Origin: Eledone cirrhosa
Taxonomy: Eukaryota
DNA length: 64,000 bases
Reading direction: 5' to 3'
NCBI GenBank assembly: GCA_964016885.1
Contig: OZ024741.1
Span: forward strand, 187,302,001 to 187,366,000
The notes under the pieces are model-generated. The model was not told where the DNA came from and did no database searches. It was given only the letters and a program-made list of their open reading frames with translations. The position numbers were made by a program, and so were the translations under genes. Below, in pieces: positions 26,501-41,116 of the stretch (the first letter of the stretch is position 1; each line of letters starts with the position of its first letter).

Positions 26501-26600
26501 TTCAAGATCTGTTGCTGATTCGTGTGGCTAGCTGTAGCCTAAAAGTGTACCATTCTCTGTAATCTGACAAGCGATTGCAATATTCTTAGCAGAGTTTGCA

Positions 26601-26657
<57 letters not shown>

Positions 26658-27197
26658 TATACGTTATTCCGGGTTGAATCGGAGGTAACCACAGTAAGTA
26701 AGGTACTCAATACATTGCAGAGTATAAAAGTTTTAATATAGATGAGATTCTACAGGACTAGAACTGTTTCATTCTTTAGAAATTATCATATATATAAATA
26801 TATATATATTTATATATATATGTATGTGTGTGTGTATATATATATATATAAATTAGAGGTGTATATGAAAACATATATATATATATATACATATTTAATA
26901 CGCTTAAACACACATATGGGTAGCGTTTCTGCTGAAGAAAAATATTCTTTCGTAACATATTCCTCCCCAATGAGAAGATACATATTTATTTGAAAAATGG
27001 AATCAATTTTTAAATTATGTAGATTTCGATTACGTGTTTATTTCAATGTATTCAGAAATGTCTCAGTAAAAATATTTATTATCTTGACTTGTTCAAATAA
27101 TTTGATTTAATGTTCAAATTTAAGAACTCACTATTTAGTATGTTAAAAGATTCAAATTTCTTCTGGTGATGGTGGTGGTGGTAGTAGTAGTAGTAGT

Positions 27198-27260
<63 letters not shown>

Positions 27261-28199
27261 TGCTGACGCTCCCTTTTTTCTGTTAGTTATGTGAATCACA
27301 ATCGATGACAAAGTACATGTAACCTTGAGCAAGCTCAGGTTGTATAGTAATCAGACGTAATTTATAATCGATTCCCATCTTGGCAAGAAACCAACAGGAG
27401 GCGCCCATGTCGAGCAACAAACGCTACTAAACTAACCAATACTTAATGACACATACATATAATTGGAATTAGACCAAACAAAAGAACAATGACTTTTCTG
27501 CGACGTTACCTGTGCTACTAATCGAAATATATGGACTACAGAAATATAATAATCAAAAACAACATATTCCCTGACCGGAACTATTCATGACGTCATATCC
27601 GCTTGATATAGGAAAGCACCACAATATAATTTCCGGTTTCTTTACAATTCCGAGTTCTATATATCTCCAGTTATGGCGAAGTAAGATCAGGGACAGAGCA
27701 CTACATATGTTGTGTTGACTGTCGCTGAGAGAAAACCGGATTAAGTATGTCTTGCAGTGGATAAGTTCAGAGTTCAAATCCAGCTGGGATCGAATTTAAT
27801 TTCATCCTTGTTAAACTTTAATAAAATCAATGTTGCTATTACCCTTCTTGTAAAATGACATAACCCTTACTTGTACAAAAATCACTAATTCATACCAAAT
27901 ATACTAAATTTACTAAATTTACTTAGATCCCAATCAAATAAATAAAAGTTAAGGTTGAATTAAATTATATTCAGACCATACGCTTTCCAAGGCAAACTGA
28001 AACCACCCACCCAAAGAGTATTTTGGATCTCTCTTAAATTTGCTAAGCTTCTACTATCTTAATGTAAATAAGTTAAATCTTAAAGCCCTGTGCCTCTCAT
28101 CTGAAAAGTAGAAATAACCACAAATTTTCACCAAATCTCCCTATTCGCGCAAAGGCTCCAACGATTTTCCGAAATTTCTCTTTGCATCCCTATCCTACC

Positions 28200-28402
28200 A
28201 TATGTTTTAAAAACGTATTCAGTATCTCCGTTGAAACATTCATCTGGCTACTTATTCTACTATAACGTATAACTTGTATCCTAAATATATTGGCGTACAG
28301 CTGCATGCAAATGGCACCCAAGCCACCTTAAAGGCAAAATCATTAGTCTTGTTGGAGACCTTTGTAACTATCGTCTCTTCGCCTATTTCAATAGTGACGT
28401 CC
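28200..28402 (-). pseudogene. Penelope-like RT C-terminal fragment, truncated at (TA)n
   Basis: VNYLDVTIEIGEETIVTKVSNKTNDFAFKVAWVPFACSCTP resembles the YLD..YDKRDDF.F...FP...SNIP block of PLE RTs. Confidence 0.6.
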
Positions 28403-28422
28403 AAATAATTAACCTTGCTAAC

Positions 28423-28464
<42 letters not shown>

Positions 28465-28650
28465 CGGAGGAAATGTGGTAAGGAACCAGGTGGACCATAA
28501 CGCACCAAAGTACTCAATACTTAGGGTAGTAGAGTGGGTAATAGGAACGAAGGCTGAGCTCAAGCCGTTTCGACGGCTAATTCTGGACTAAATTAGTCCA
28601 GAATCAGCTGTCGAAACGGCTTGAGCTCAGCCGTCGGTGTCCTACTCGTT

Positions 28651-28719
<69 letters not shown>

Positions 28720-28948
28720 ATAATAATAAATGTGAAGACTAAAATCCGAAGAGGACTCGATAAGGATAATATATATATAGCAAAATATATAAAACCATAG
28801 AGCAAATATTTATTAAAATAACAGATTAACGTTTAAGCAAAGAATCGCTGCTTTCACCCTTAACGGGATCTTCTGAAACTCCCCCACACACACACATATA
28901 TATATAATATAGGTTCGATTCCGTCACACACACACATATATATATATG

Positions 28949-28980
<32 letters not shown>

Positions 28981-28981
28981 T

Positions 28982-29030
<49 letters not shown>

Positions 29031-29283
29031 GTTAGCTTGTCAAGTGATTGACCTCGGTCCACTGATAGTCATATGATATGACAATGGGAACAAGATTGCA
29101 GTTTAATCAAGTAAAGTATTCATGGACGCTAAGTCTGATGTTAAAATCTATTGGGTCGTCTTAGCATAATGGTCGATGCGTTTGTCCGGTATACAACTGA
29201 TGCTACATTCGACTCCCACAGACGGTTCCATCGTAATTTATCTGTCATATTTTGCCTATTTAAAAATGCATCATTTATGTTAA

Positions 29284-30301
29284 TCAGCAGTACCCAGCGC
29301 TGGGTAGGTAAAATAATATCAGCTTTGATGAAAAGGTGTTGATCTTAGCGACTGCTTCTCGATGACTCATCTATGGCCACACACAGGCCATGCGGGGGAG
29401 GGTGGCGATGACCTCTATCACTGAGAAACGCGGGTGACTGACGAAGGGGTATGCTGGGGGAGGGAGGTAATGACCTCTAACACTAAGCCAAATTTCCTCA
29501 CGCTACTTGATTGGAAACCGATGAATTCTCAAATACACAACTAAAAGCTCAGACGACGTCAGTGGCCATCGTTTTGCCTTTGACCATCTATAATATGTGC
29601 AATGATAGGTTCTATCGTAGTATAAAAGTTGAACCAGATAAATTGATTTAGGTGTGAGGTGGAGCCGATGTTTCGAATTTGAACGAAATCGGTTGAAAAA
29701 TGTGGGAGCTAGAGCCGAAAAGGAGGAAATTTGAGTGAAAAGGTGGTATTTTCGAATATTTAAGCGGCTGCCACGCCGTTCCTGAACAAAAATCCAAAAT
29801 GTAAAGCCACTTTAAGACGTGAAATAATCAGATCTAGCGTAGTGTAAAATTTGAACAAAGTAGGTTGATTAATGTGAGAGCTAAAGCCGAAAAAGTGGAA
29901 ATTTGAGTCTAAAAGTGGTATTTTTGAATATTTAAGCGGCTGCCACGCCGTCCCTGAACAACAAATTCAAAATATAAAGCCATTACAGGATGTGCAATGA
30001 TAAATTCTATTTTGCTTTAAAATTTGAACGAAATCGGTGGCAAAATGTGGGAGCTAGAGCCAAAAATCTTATTTTTCGATACCTAAAAAAAGGTGACCCG
30101 CCCCCCTCCTATCGATTTTTATCTACAGAATGACCCCGGAATAAAAAAAACGATACGTTGATATATAGGAAACATTCCCCCGATGACTAATCTATGAGCC
30201 TGTAAAGTTTCATGAAAATCGGTCGTAAGATGTAGGCCCCTATAGGTAATACACAGACACACAGACACACACACACTTATTTAATTTTATATATATACAG
30301 A
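29284..30301 (-). mobile_element. Non-autonomous Helitron-like element with internal ~172-bp tandem repeats
   Basis: Minus-strand start A^TCTGTATATATATAAAA followed by a GT microsatellite. 3' hairpin TACCCAGCGCTGGGTA near a degenerate CTAG-like end. Repeat units near 29677, 29848, 30020. Confidence 0.55.
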
Positions 30302-30327
30302 TATCACGCGCACACAAACATATATAC

Positions 30328-30392
<65 letters not shown>

Positions 30393-30524
30393 TGAGTGTG
30401 TATATGTGGGTGTGTGTGTGTGTGTGTCTGTGTGCGTGTGTGTAAAGTGACCTTCCAAAACAGTTTCTGCCAGTCAAATTCGACTCATATGGCATTGTTT
30501 GTTAATCCGATATTACAGTAAAAT

Positions 30525-30915
30525 CATAGCTGCCAACCTCGAAAAACCCAAACAGAGAGTACCATGAAAAAGAAGTGCCCTAAATCGGGGAGAAATGAGG
30601 CAAAATGGGGAGATTTTACATAACTGTTTCTACTTTAGGCACAAGGCCAGCAATTACCCAGTGCATTACTGGTACTTTATTTTATCGACCCCGTAAGGAT
30701 GAAAGGCAAAGTCAACCTCGGCGGGATTTGAACTCAGATCGTAAAGGGACGTAACTAAGCTGGAAAGCATGGCGTCCGACCCTCTACCGATACTGCCAAT
30801 CCACCAGATTTTACATAATGAAAGCTATACCCATTTTCACAAGAGAAGACATCTCTCACCCATAACAAAGTGGGTGGGAGATCTCCCCGTCGGAATGGGA
30901 AAGTTGACAGGTCTG
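30525..30915. mobile_element. hAT-like MITE interrupted by a SINE
   Basis: TIRs CATAGCTGCCAACCT / AAGTTGACAGGTCTG, flanking direct repeat GTAAAAT. The internal SINE has TSD AGATTTTACATAA. Confidence 0.65.
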
Positions 30916-31091
30916 GTAAAATGTGCCCAGCGGTGGGATCGAACTTGTCCGTATAAGCAATTTTCATCATCTATGGTCACTCTCATTCGCTCACTTTCCC
31001 ACTATTACGCGCACTCTTTCGCTCTTTCCTCCATCTTCTCTTTTTCTCTACCCCTCCACCCATTCTCCTTAAATACAAATAACATTGTTGT

Positions 31092-31172
<81 letters not shown>

Positions 31173-31332
31173 CCTATCTCAATTTGAATATTTAAATATT
31201 CTAAGTGACACGAAATGAAACAGCTGTCATGTGTGATGACTAATAAACCACTTTTCTAAACAGCATCCATTTCAAATCTGTCGAATCCTTCTGTTTCGAA
31301 AGAACAACACACACAACACACATACGCTATAT

Positions 31333-31410
<78 letters not shown>

Positions 31411-33017
31411 ATAATAGATGTGAAGACTATATATATAATGTATTATGTATGATTGTATATATGTATGTATATATGCATGTATATATATATGTCTGTATGT
31501 ATGTATATATGTATGTATATATGTATGTATGTGCAGGGGTGGGGGTAAACCAAGCCGGTTAATTGCAAGTAAATGCAATCGTTTGTGTCTTTCTGTGTGG
31601 AATTTTTGAATTGAAAAAAATGTTTATCTATGTTTTTGTTTGAAATATTTTGTAATTATAATAGTATCTTATATTATTCTCTTTCTTCAACATTATATAT
31701 ATAGAAACAATTATATATATATATGTGTGTGCGAGTGTATATACTCATATACAATGTACAAACATACATATGTACGCATATGGTGCTTAGATACATACAT
31801 ACATACACACATACATACATACATACATACAAACGTATATACATGCATATATACAAACGTATATAGATACATACATACATTTATACATACATACATACAT
31901 ACATACATACATACATACATACATACATACATACATACATACATACATACATACCATATTTTTTGGGCCTACATATGCTTCAATATACACCCAAAACATT
32001 CATTGAGTGAAAATCACAACCACAACGAAAACTAAAAACAATTATTACAAAATGATAGCAATTTCCCTTTGGAATGTCGTCTGCTTCATATTATTCAATG
32101 AAACAAGAAAAATAATAAATAAAAATAGAAAGAAATACGCTGTAAAATCGTCCCTAATGAGATTTGAAACTTAATTACATATATTTAACCTTTATCTTAT
32201 TTTATCCCCGCCTCATCACCATCACCATCGACAATAGACTCCAGTTCAGGGTAGATAATTGTAATTCTATTCGTTTGCTATTTCGTATTAAGTTTTCTCT
32301 GGTGAAACATTGAATACATGAGAAGGATATTAAAGCTTGGCTTAACAAAGACAGAATCAGCGATGATGATTTTTATGTAATCAAGTGTTTTAGATATAGT
32401 TTGCTTCCTTTTTCACATCCATTTCATTTTTCGTTTTCATAGAACAAATGAATTTTCTATTCAACAGCGGATGTGATTTTTGATTCCTTATTTATTTTAT
32501 ATTCGTTCGTTTTTTGGTTGGTTTTTTTTTCTACGTGTATTCTTTATTTTATTTTTTGTTTGTTTGTTTTTTGTGGTTGTTGGTTTTTTGTTTTTTTTTC
32601 ATTTTCAATCTCTTCAGCTATTACTCAGTACTCTAAAAGATTATTATGGTTATTTTTGTTCTTTCTTGTAGAATTTGTAGGTGATATTTTTTTTTTTCAT
32701 CTTTCCTCATAGTGGTTGAAGACAAAAACATTTAATATTTTCTATTGTAACACTTCCTCAATTAGTCTAAAATATTTTACGGTTCTCTCGGTGACTCACT
32801 CTCAGACCCCCTTGTGTCTCTCTCTTTCCCTCACTCTCTCGCTTTCTCTATCTAACTATCTATGTATCTATCTCTTTCAAGTTGATAATCACTATTGTCA
32901 AAATCATAGTGAATGTGTATATATATATATATATATATATATTTCTCTTTCTATATATGTAAAGAGAAAGAGATACATACATACATACATACATACATAC
33001 ATACATACATACATACA

Positions 33018-33048
<31 letters not shown>

Positions 33049-33423
33049 GAGAAGCTCTTCGTTCAAGCATGTCGTTATGCTGTATTGAAAGTATTGCCTA
33101 CTACAACAACAACTGAATTCTAAGGTTTTCCGTTCGGCTTTTTCAAGTTTAATTGAAACCATCTTGTTTTGTTTTGATTCTATTTTATATTATGTACCAC
33201 TAAAACATTTACAACAATTTCATGACCGGAAGTCAAAGATGAATACATGAAATTAAACTAAGTATTCACATTGTGCGTTAAAACAGATATTTTTGAGAAT
33301 TGTTGTACCGTTTCACTAACGAACAAAAGATTCGCTACTTCAACTTAACATCTTGACGGAAAACTTTCTTCTCAGAAATCTGTATTCAAAACTACGTAAG
33401 CGTGTGTATATATATAGTGAGAG

Positions 33424-33583
<160 letters not shown>

Positions 33584-33639
33584 TTGTACGTGTGTGTATA
33601 TATATGGGGAATTGGGAGGTGTCCACTTATATATATATA

Positions 33640-34133
33640 TATCGTATATATAGTTGTCACGTGTTATTTCCAGCAAGGCAAACAACCCCCGGTTTTTGGT
33701 GGGTCATTCAAAATGTTAGAGAACGGAAATATTATATATATATATATGACACACTTTTAGGCATGTAGAAATCATTTTTCTATAAAATAAAGATGTCAAA
33801 GTATCGAGTACCTTTTTTAACTGTGGGTACAAACTGACACATCACGGAAACCTACACCCCCTACACATGTGTATGTATGTGTGTGTTTGTGTGGGTGTTG
33901 GTGACTGTATGTAGGGGGGTGTAGGTTTCCGTGATGTGTCGGGTTGTACCCACAGTTAAAAAAGGTACTGGATACTTTGACATCTTTATTTTATAGAAAA
34001 ATGATTTCAACATGCCTAAAACTGTGTCATATATATATAATATTTCCGTTGTCTAACATTTTGAATGACCCACCAAAAACCGGGGGTTGTTTCCCTTGCT
34101 GGAAATAACACGTGACAACTATATATACGATAT
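33640..34133. repeat. ~490-bp fold-back palindrome beside (TA)n
   Basis: 33640-33868 pairs with 33908-34133. Confidence 0.88.
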
Positions 34134-34219
34134 GCTGCACCTAGCGGTAATATTTAGCTTCTCACCCCGTCTTTGGTAGAACAAAAACCTGTTGATGAAC
34201 TGAATCCTCTGCTCGATCA

Positions 34220-34268
<49 letters not shown>

Positions 34269-34597
34269 CCTGTTGATGAAATGAGTCCTCTGTTCGATCA
34301 TGAATACCACGAGCTTGCCAGTTACGTAAGTCTGATATTTGATTTCGATTTCATAGAAACACTTTAAACGTATAACGTTTGATTTGTCCAGGTGTATTTT
34401 TCTCAACCTGTTAGTTCTTTCGTTACTTTGGTATATTGTGTGTTAGATTTTGCCTACCAGAATGTTCAATTTGTCAAGCTATTTAAACATATGTTATTAC
34501 TCTAAGGACCTACCTTGTCGAGTGCTTTGCTAACTCATTCTCATAGTAGGTCGAATTTACTTGCACACCGCCAGAGATTCGATTTTACTAAATATCC

Positions 34598-34671
<74 letters not shown>

Positions 34672-34703
34672 TAGGTTTACATATACATAAACTAGACGGA
34701 GCC

Positions 34704-34735
<32 letters not shown>

Positions 34736-34780
34736 TTAATTAATTAATTCGTCATTGAGCCACACCATAAATAGTTACCA

Positions 34781-35468
<688 letters not shown>

Positions 35469-35614
35469 TTAAAGAAAATCAATCTGTGAACGCTGAAGTA
35501 AATATTTCGAAAAACGTTGCAACCGAAGGAAGACAGGAAGACGATACTTTGGTTCGTGGAGACGTTCCCTGGCAATGAACGGAAAAAACGAAGATAATAC
35601 GTCATTATTTGGAG

Positions 35615-35800
35615 CGGTGAATTGGCAGTATCGAAGAGGGTTGGACACCATGCTTTCTAGCATAGTTACGTCCCTTTACGGTCTGAGTTGAAATCCAGTC
35701 GAGGTTAACTTTGCCTTTCATCCTTACCCGGTCGATAAAATAAAGTACCAGTAATGTACTGGGTAATTGCTAGTCTCGTGCCAAAAGTAGAAACAATTAT
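35615..35800 (+). mobile_element. SINE family 1 with 17-bp TSD
   Basis: ATTATTTGGAGCGGTGA at 35604-35620 and 35796-35812. Confidence 0.88.
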
Positions 35801-35949
35801 TTGGAGCGGTGAGGACATTTACACGCAAAGACAAAACCACGTTTATGGTATAAATGAAGTCGTAGACTAATATTCTATTAGGTGGTTCGTGGAGACGTTC
35901 CCTGGCAATGAACGGAAAAACGAAGATAATACGTCATATGTGGAGAATT

Positions 35950-37238
35950 AATTAGTCTACCCACTACTAATTTTCATAGAAAAAGCATATAACGATATGT
36001 GCTTTTACAATTCTCCAGAGAAGCCGGAAGATGGGTAAATATTGCTGATGAGATGTAATAACATCGAAACTAGTCCAATATTCCTGTCTGGCCCTCTGGA
36101 GAATAGAGGAAATGCGTTTCCTTGAAAACTCGTATGACTCTAAAACCCGGTCCGCCTGTGTGGTTACATACAGACTAGCTGACACTCACTGTAAAGTGTC
36201 TAGTGAAAAGCTGAGTACATGTACATATGTATACATGTGTGTATTTATATGCATACTAATACTTCCGTATACATATGTAGATGTACACTTTAACTTAATT
36301 GTTTAAGCGTCAGTCATACAAAAGTGAGTTAGAAGCGAAACGAAATTTAATTTCGTTTCGTTATTTGTTTTTATCGTTTCCGCTGAACCGGTGCGTACAA
36401 TGACTCACGTTCTATGCAAATTAGTCTACCCACTACTAATTTTCATAGAAAAAGCATATAACGATATGTGCTTTTACAATTCTCCAGAGAAGCCGGAAGA
36501 TGGGTAAATATTGCTGATGAGATGTAATAACATCGAAACTAGTCCAATATTCCTGTCTGGCCCTCTGGAGAATAGAGGAAATGTGTTTCCTTGAAAACTC
36601 GTATGACTCTAAAACCCGGTCCGCCTGTGTGGTTACATACAGACTAGCTGACACTCACTGTAAAGTGTCTAGTGAAAAGCTGAGTACATGTACATATGTA
36701 TACATGTGTGTATTTATATGCATACTAATACTTCCGTATACATATGTAGATGTACACTTTAACTTAATTGTTTAAGCGTCAGTCATACAAAAGTGAGTTA
36801 GAAGCGAAACGAAATTTAATTTCGTTTCGTTATTTGTTTTTATCGTTTCCGCTGAACCGGTGCGTACAATGACTCACGTTCTATGCAAATTAGTCTACCC
36901 ACTACTAATTTTCATAGAAAAAGCATATAACGATATGTGCTTTTACAATTCTCCAGAGAAGCCGGAAGATGGGTAAATATTGCTGATGATATGTAATAAC
37001 ATCGAAACTCGTCCAATATTCCTGTCTGGCCCTCTGGAGAATAGAGGAAATGTGTTTCCTTGAAAACTCGTATGACTCTAAAACCCGGTCCGCCTGTGTG
37101 GTTACATACAGACTAGCTGACACTCACTGTAAAGTGTCTAGTGAAAAGCTGAGTACATGTACATATGTATACATGTGTGTATTTATATGCATACTAATAC
37201 TTCCGTATACATATGTAGATGTACACTTTAACTTAATT

Positions 37239-37243
<5 letters not shown>
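35950..37243. repeat. 469-bp tandem repeat (~2.75 units)
   Basis: Units at 35967, 36436 and 36905 are near-identical. Confidence 0.95.
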
Positions 37244-37299
<56 letters not shown>

Positions 37300-37366
37300 A
37301 ATTTTACAAGGAAGACATTGTTTAAAGATTGTCAGCATAGTTGTAGTTTAATGTAAGGAATGTAAA

Positions 37367-37435
<69 letters not shown>

Positions 37436-37696
37436 TTTCTTTATTAACCACAAGGGTTTACATAAAGTAGACATTAAGGACAGTGCAGGACAATGCAGGA
37501 CGGTACAAATGGGCATTTCTGCGTGTAAAAAAACAAAAACAGAGGATGTAACAAAAATAACAATGAAAATAACAATGAAAAAATTCCCCAATAGGGGGGA
37601 GACTTCGGAGGGACATTTGTGGAGAAAGCCCAGTAAAAAGCCACAATGACCCTGACCACCAAGGCAAGTGCCCTCTCCCAGTTTTCCACCTTTAGT

Positions 37697-40600
37697 TTAC
37701 AGATATATACTCAGAGTCGGCCCATTCACTCGGGCCATTCTTGCTTCTCTCACCCATCTTTCAACAAAATGCTGGGAAGAGAGCACTTCCTTCTCTACTC
37801 TGATTTTCCTTTTCAAATGAAATTTGAAAAAGTCAATCAGAGCATCACCGAAGAGGTAAGTGCTCGTCTTCAGCCCTTTCAAACGTGTCCACCATACTAT
37901 CTCTTTCGCCATGGCCACCAGACAGATAAAAACTGCCTGCCCTTCCCGGCTAAAGGAGGAGGGCGGGGCAATCCTCACGATAGACTCAGATGATAGCTGG
38001 ATCCGTCCTAAACGCGACAGCAGGTGTTCGACATAAACCCACAAGTCAGCAATTTTCGGACACTGGACGAGTGCGTGCAGGACGGTTTCGTCGCCCTGCG
38101 CGCATCTCGGACATGCCCGGCTGACGGCACCTCCATGCCTGTAGAGTTTATCCCGAACTGGCAAGGCTCCTCGGTAGCACTGCCAGGCCAGAGATTTCTG
38201 GAAGTTGTCCATAGGCCCTGGCCCGAAAGTTCTTCCGAAGAGATTGGCTAGTTGATTTTCGTCGACGCCTAGAGTTTCCCCAAGTACGTCGTCGCTCTTC
38301 CCCTCCACTAATCCTCTATAGAACGCCGAGGTGGAGTTTCCACCGATCACATTGCCCGATTGGTCGAGGGCTGTGAGCGCCTGAAGACATTCCAGTCTCC
38401 AGGCGCTCCCTCTCGGTCTTCGCTTGACCCAGGACTGCAGCTCCGTCAAGGAAACGAGCTGGGGAAAAACGCGTCTAGCAAACGGCGACCACACCTGATC
38501 ACCGTCGAGGAAGAGGTGGAGATGTCGTAGCCTGAGCGCGTGCCTGCGCATCATCAGCCACGGCATGCCCAGCCCTCCACGTAGCGGGTGTTGACAACAG
38601 ATGGACCGCCTGACCATCGGAGCACGTCCCTTCCACAAAAAGCGAAAGAGCAAACGCTCCAGCGCAGTCAGGCGAGGCTTAGGACAAGGTACGACGGTTA
38701 GGCGGTAGCAGATGACAGACGCGATGTACGCGTTAGCCACCTCCGCTCGACCTTTCAGGGATAGCTTCCTCTCCGCCCATTTCTGGGTGAGAGAAGCCAC
38801 CCTGCTCGTCACCTCGTCCCAGTTTTTGTCCGTCTGGAGGTCCGGACCGAACCAGACCCCTAGCAATTTAACCGGTCCGTCCGTCCAGCGCCCGACGACG
38901 CTGTTGGACGGCATGGACCTGCCTCTCCAGGTGCCGAGCTGCAGGCCCACTGACTTTTCCTGGTTGATCATTGCTCCTGTCACCGCTTCGTATTCTCTTA
39001 GTGTAGTGCCGATCGCCTCGATGTGTTTGGCGTTCGACACCACTACGGTGACATCGTCCGCATATGCTGACACGGATCTTCCGCATCCTAGTTCGCGCGG
39101 GACTCCCCTCAACGTCTCCAGTTTGTGCAGTAATGGCTCGAGAGTCAATACGTACAAGAGGGACGAGAGGGGACATCCTTGGCGGACCGAGCGCATGATG
39201 TTGAACGGTTCCGACAGGTGACCGTTCACTCTCACCACAGAGCAGATGTCGCTGTGCATGGCAGCGATCCAGCCTCTGAAGACGGGCCCAAAGCCAGCCG
39301 CCCTCAGGACTGCCGCTAGGTAACGATGGTCGACCCTATCGAAAGCTTTCGACTGATCTAAATTGATCAAGGACCCACCCGTGCCAGGTTCCCTAGCTAC
39401 CCTCTCTACGATGTATCGCATGAGGTGGAGGTTGTCGTGGATGGATCTGTCGGGAATGGCGCATGTCTGCGCCTCTCCCACCAGACCACCAACGACAAGC
39501 GCCAACCTCTTTGCTAGCACCTTGGCCAAAATCTTAAACTCTGTGTTTAGCAGAGTTATGGGCCGGAAATTGTCTATGTTATCCCCCTTGTTCGGATCCT
39601 TTCTCAGCAGTGCCACCGCTCCTCGGCTCACAGAACTGGGAATTCTCCCGTTCTGTTGCCAGTTGCAGTAGACGTCCGCCAAGAGGCCTCCGAACAAGTC
39701 TGGCATCTGTACGTAAAGTTCATAGGGCAGACCATCCAAACCAGGCGATTTACCCCTTGTGCAGCCAGTCATTGCCTCCCGTACTTCAGCGGCTGTTATC
39801 GGCTTTTCGCAACACCTCGCCTCAGTGGCCGAGAGCCGCGGCAGCCCGTCGAGGTAGACACTAAAGTCCATCCCTCTACCCGGCCCCCCGCTGCCCCCGA
39901 ACAGCTGAGCGAAGTGTCGCTGAAAAGCTTCACACATTTGCCCGGGATCGAGTAGCATGCGCCCGTCGTGGTCCACCAAAGACCGGATCGTGGCTTTGTT
40001 GCCACGACGCGCCTCCGCCACTCGGGCCCATTGAACGGCTTTCGTCCCCTCGTGTCTGAGAGCACGCACCCTAGCTCTGACAACGCAGCCTTCGTGCTTT
40101 GCATTGAAGAATTGGTCAAGGGCCAATTTCGCCGCAAGCACGTCGGTCGCAATGCCTTTGCTAAGCGCCTCGTCTAATTTTCTAACTAGTTCTCCCTCTG
40201 CTCTATTTTTCTCTATTGCTAAAGCCTTACTAAACCTAATCGATTCTATTCTAATCGCTCTTTTCAGAGCAAACCACCACTTGTTGTTGACGATGGCCCC
40301 CGTCAACGCCCGCTTAACTAGTTCGCTAATCCGGTCTCTGTAGGCCTTGCGCGCTGGTAAGGACGCGTTTAGCTTCCAGTAGCCGGGTCCTCGTCTATGA
40401 AGCCTATCTAAGTCAAGCACACAGATCACGAATTTGTGGTCCGTGTAGCTGACTATCTTGAATTGTGGACAGCCTATGCTAGACCTATCTATTTCCCTAC
40501 AAAATACTCTATCTAGATATGATCTGGATGACCCTATGCGGTTTGTCCAAGTCCACATTGGCACATTCGGGAAATCCAATCGGTACCTGTCAGACAGTTC

Positions 40601-41116
40601 AAAACGCCTGAGCAGGTTGGTGAGGCTCTTGCACCCTCCACCCCTATCCGCTAATCCCACACAGTCCCAGCGTGCATCTAAGATCCCGTTCCAGTCGCCC
40701 ACTAACACTAAAGAGCGGGACGTTCCAAGAAAGGTCTCCAGACGCCGGAAGAAATCAGGCCGCCCTGCTCCTGTCGGGGCATAGACGGCCACTAGCCTGA
40801 AAGCTTGCCCGTCTCCGCTGGTCACGTCCAGCACCACCAGCTTACCCTCTGGGTCCAGGAAGATGGCCCGTATGGCGAGATCCAAACCTCTCCGAAAAAG
40901 TACAGCAACTCCTCCACCGGATCCAGGACGGCTGGGAGATGCGTACACATCGTAGCCGCCGAAGATCGGTGCGAAGGCCCGTGCTTCGGAGATTCTGGTC
41001 TCGCTGATGGCCACTACATCTATGTTTAGTGACCTGAGGTCGTTGAGCAGGTGACCCTGCTTCCATGACGACCCCAAGCCACGCGCATTTATGCTGCCTA
41101 TTCTGAGTGAGGTCAT
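37697..41116 (-). CDS. Tx1 ORF2: AP endonuclease + reverse transcriptase + C-terminal zinc-binding domain (1139 aa)
   Basis: APE motifs SINARGL, ISETR, VYAP, GDWN, YLDRV, YTDH. RT motifs KSPGLDG, FRPITLLNTEFKILAK, DQSKAFDRVDH, VRQGCPLS, YADD. C-terminal CPRC..ETVLHALVQC. Confidence 0.97.
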   Translation of the reverse strand: MTSLRIGSINARGLGSSWKQGHLLNDLRSLNIDVVAISETRISEARAFAPIFGGYDVYASPSRPGSGGGVAVLFRRGLDLAIRAIFLDPEGKLVVLDVTSGDGQAFRLVAVYAPTGAGRPDFFRRLETFLGTSRSLVLVGDWNGILDARWDCVGLADRGGGCKSLTNLLRRFELSDRYRLDFPNVPMWTWTNRIGSSRSYLDRVFCREIDRSSIGCPQFKIVSYTDHKFVICVLDLDRLHRRGPGYWKLNASLPARKAYRDRISELVKRALTGAIVNNKWWFALKRAIRIESIRFSKALAIEKNRAEGELVRKLDEALSKGIATDVLAAKLALDQFFNAKHEGCVVRARVRALRHEGTKAVQWARVAEARRGNKATIRSLVDHDGRMLLDPGQMCEAFQRHFAQLFGGSGGPGRGMDFSVYLDGLPRLSATEARCCEKPITAAEVREAMTGCTRGKSPGLDGLPYELYVQMPDLFGGLLADVYCNWQQNGRIPSSVSRGAVALLRKDPNKGDNIDNFRPITLLNTEFKILAKVLAKRLALVVGGLVGEAQTCAIPDRSIHDNLHLMRYIVERVAREPGTGGSLINLDQSKAFDRVDHRYLAAVLRAAGFGPVFRGWIAAMHSDICSVVRVNGHLSEPFNIMRSVRQGCPLSSLLYVLTLEPLLHKLETLRGVPRELGCGRSVSAYADDVTVVVSNAKHIEAIGTTLREYEAVTGAMINQEKSVGLQLGTWRGRSMPSNSVVGRWTDGPVKLLGVWFGPDLQTDKNWDEVTSRVASLTQKWAERKLSLKGRAEVANAYIASVICYRLTVVPCPKPRLTALERLLFRFLWKGRAPMVRRSICCQHPLRGGLGMPWLMMRRHALRLRHLHLFLDGDQVWSPFARRVFPQLVSLTELQSWVKRRPRGSAWRLECLQALTALDQSGNVIGGNSTSAFYRGLVEGKSDDVLGETLGVDENQLANLFGRTFGPGPMDNFQKSLAWQCYRGALPVRDKLYRHGGAVSRACPRCAQGDETVLHALVQCPKIADLWVYVEHLLSRLGRIQLSSESIVRIAPPSSFSREGQAVFICLVAMAKEIVWWTRLKGLKTSTYLFGDALIDFFKFHLKRKIRVEKEVLSSQHFVERWVREARMARVNGPTLSIYL

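Noticed and set aside
35967-37325. Repeated 64-72 aa ORFs (also 16980 and 17446)
   Set aside because: By-products of satellite units, with non-ATG starts and no recognisable protein features.
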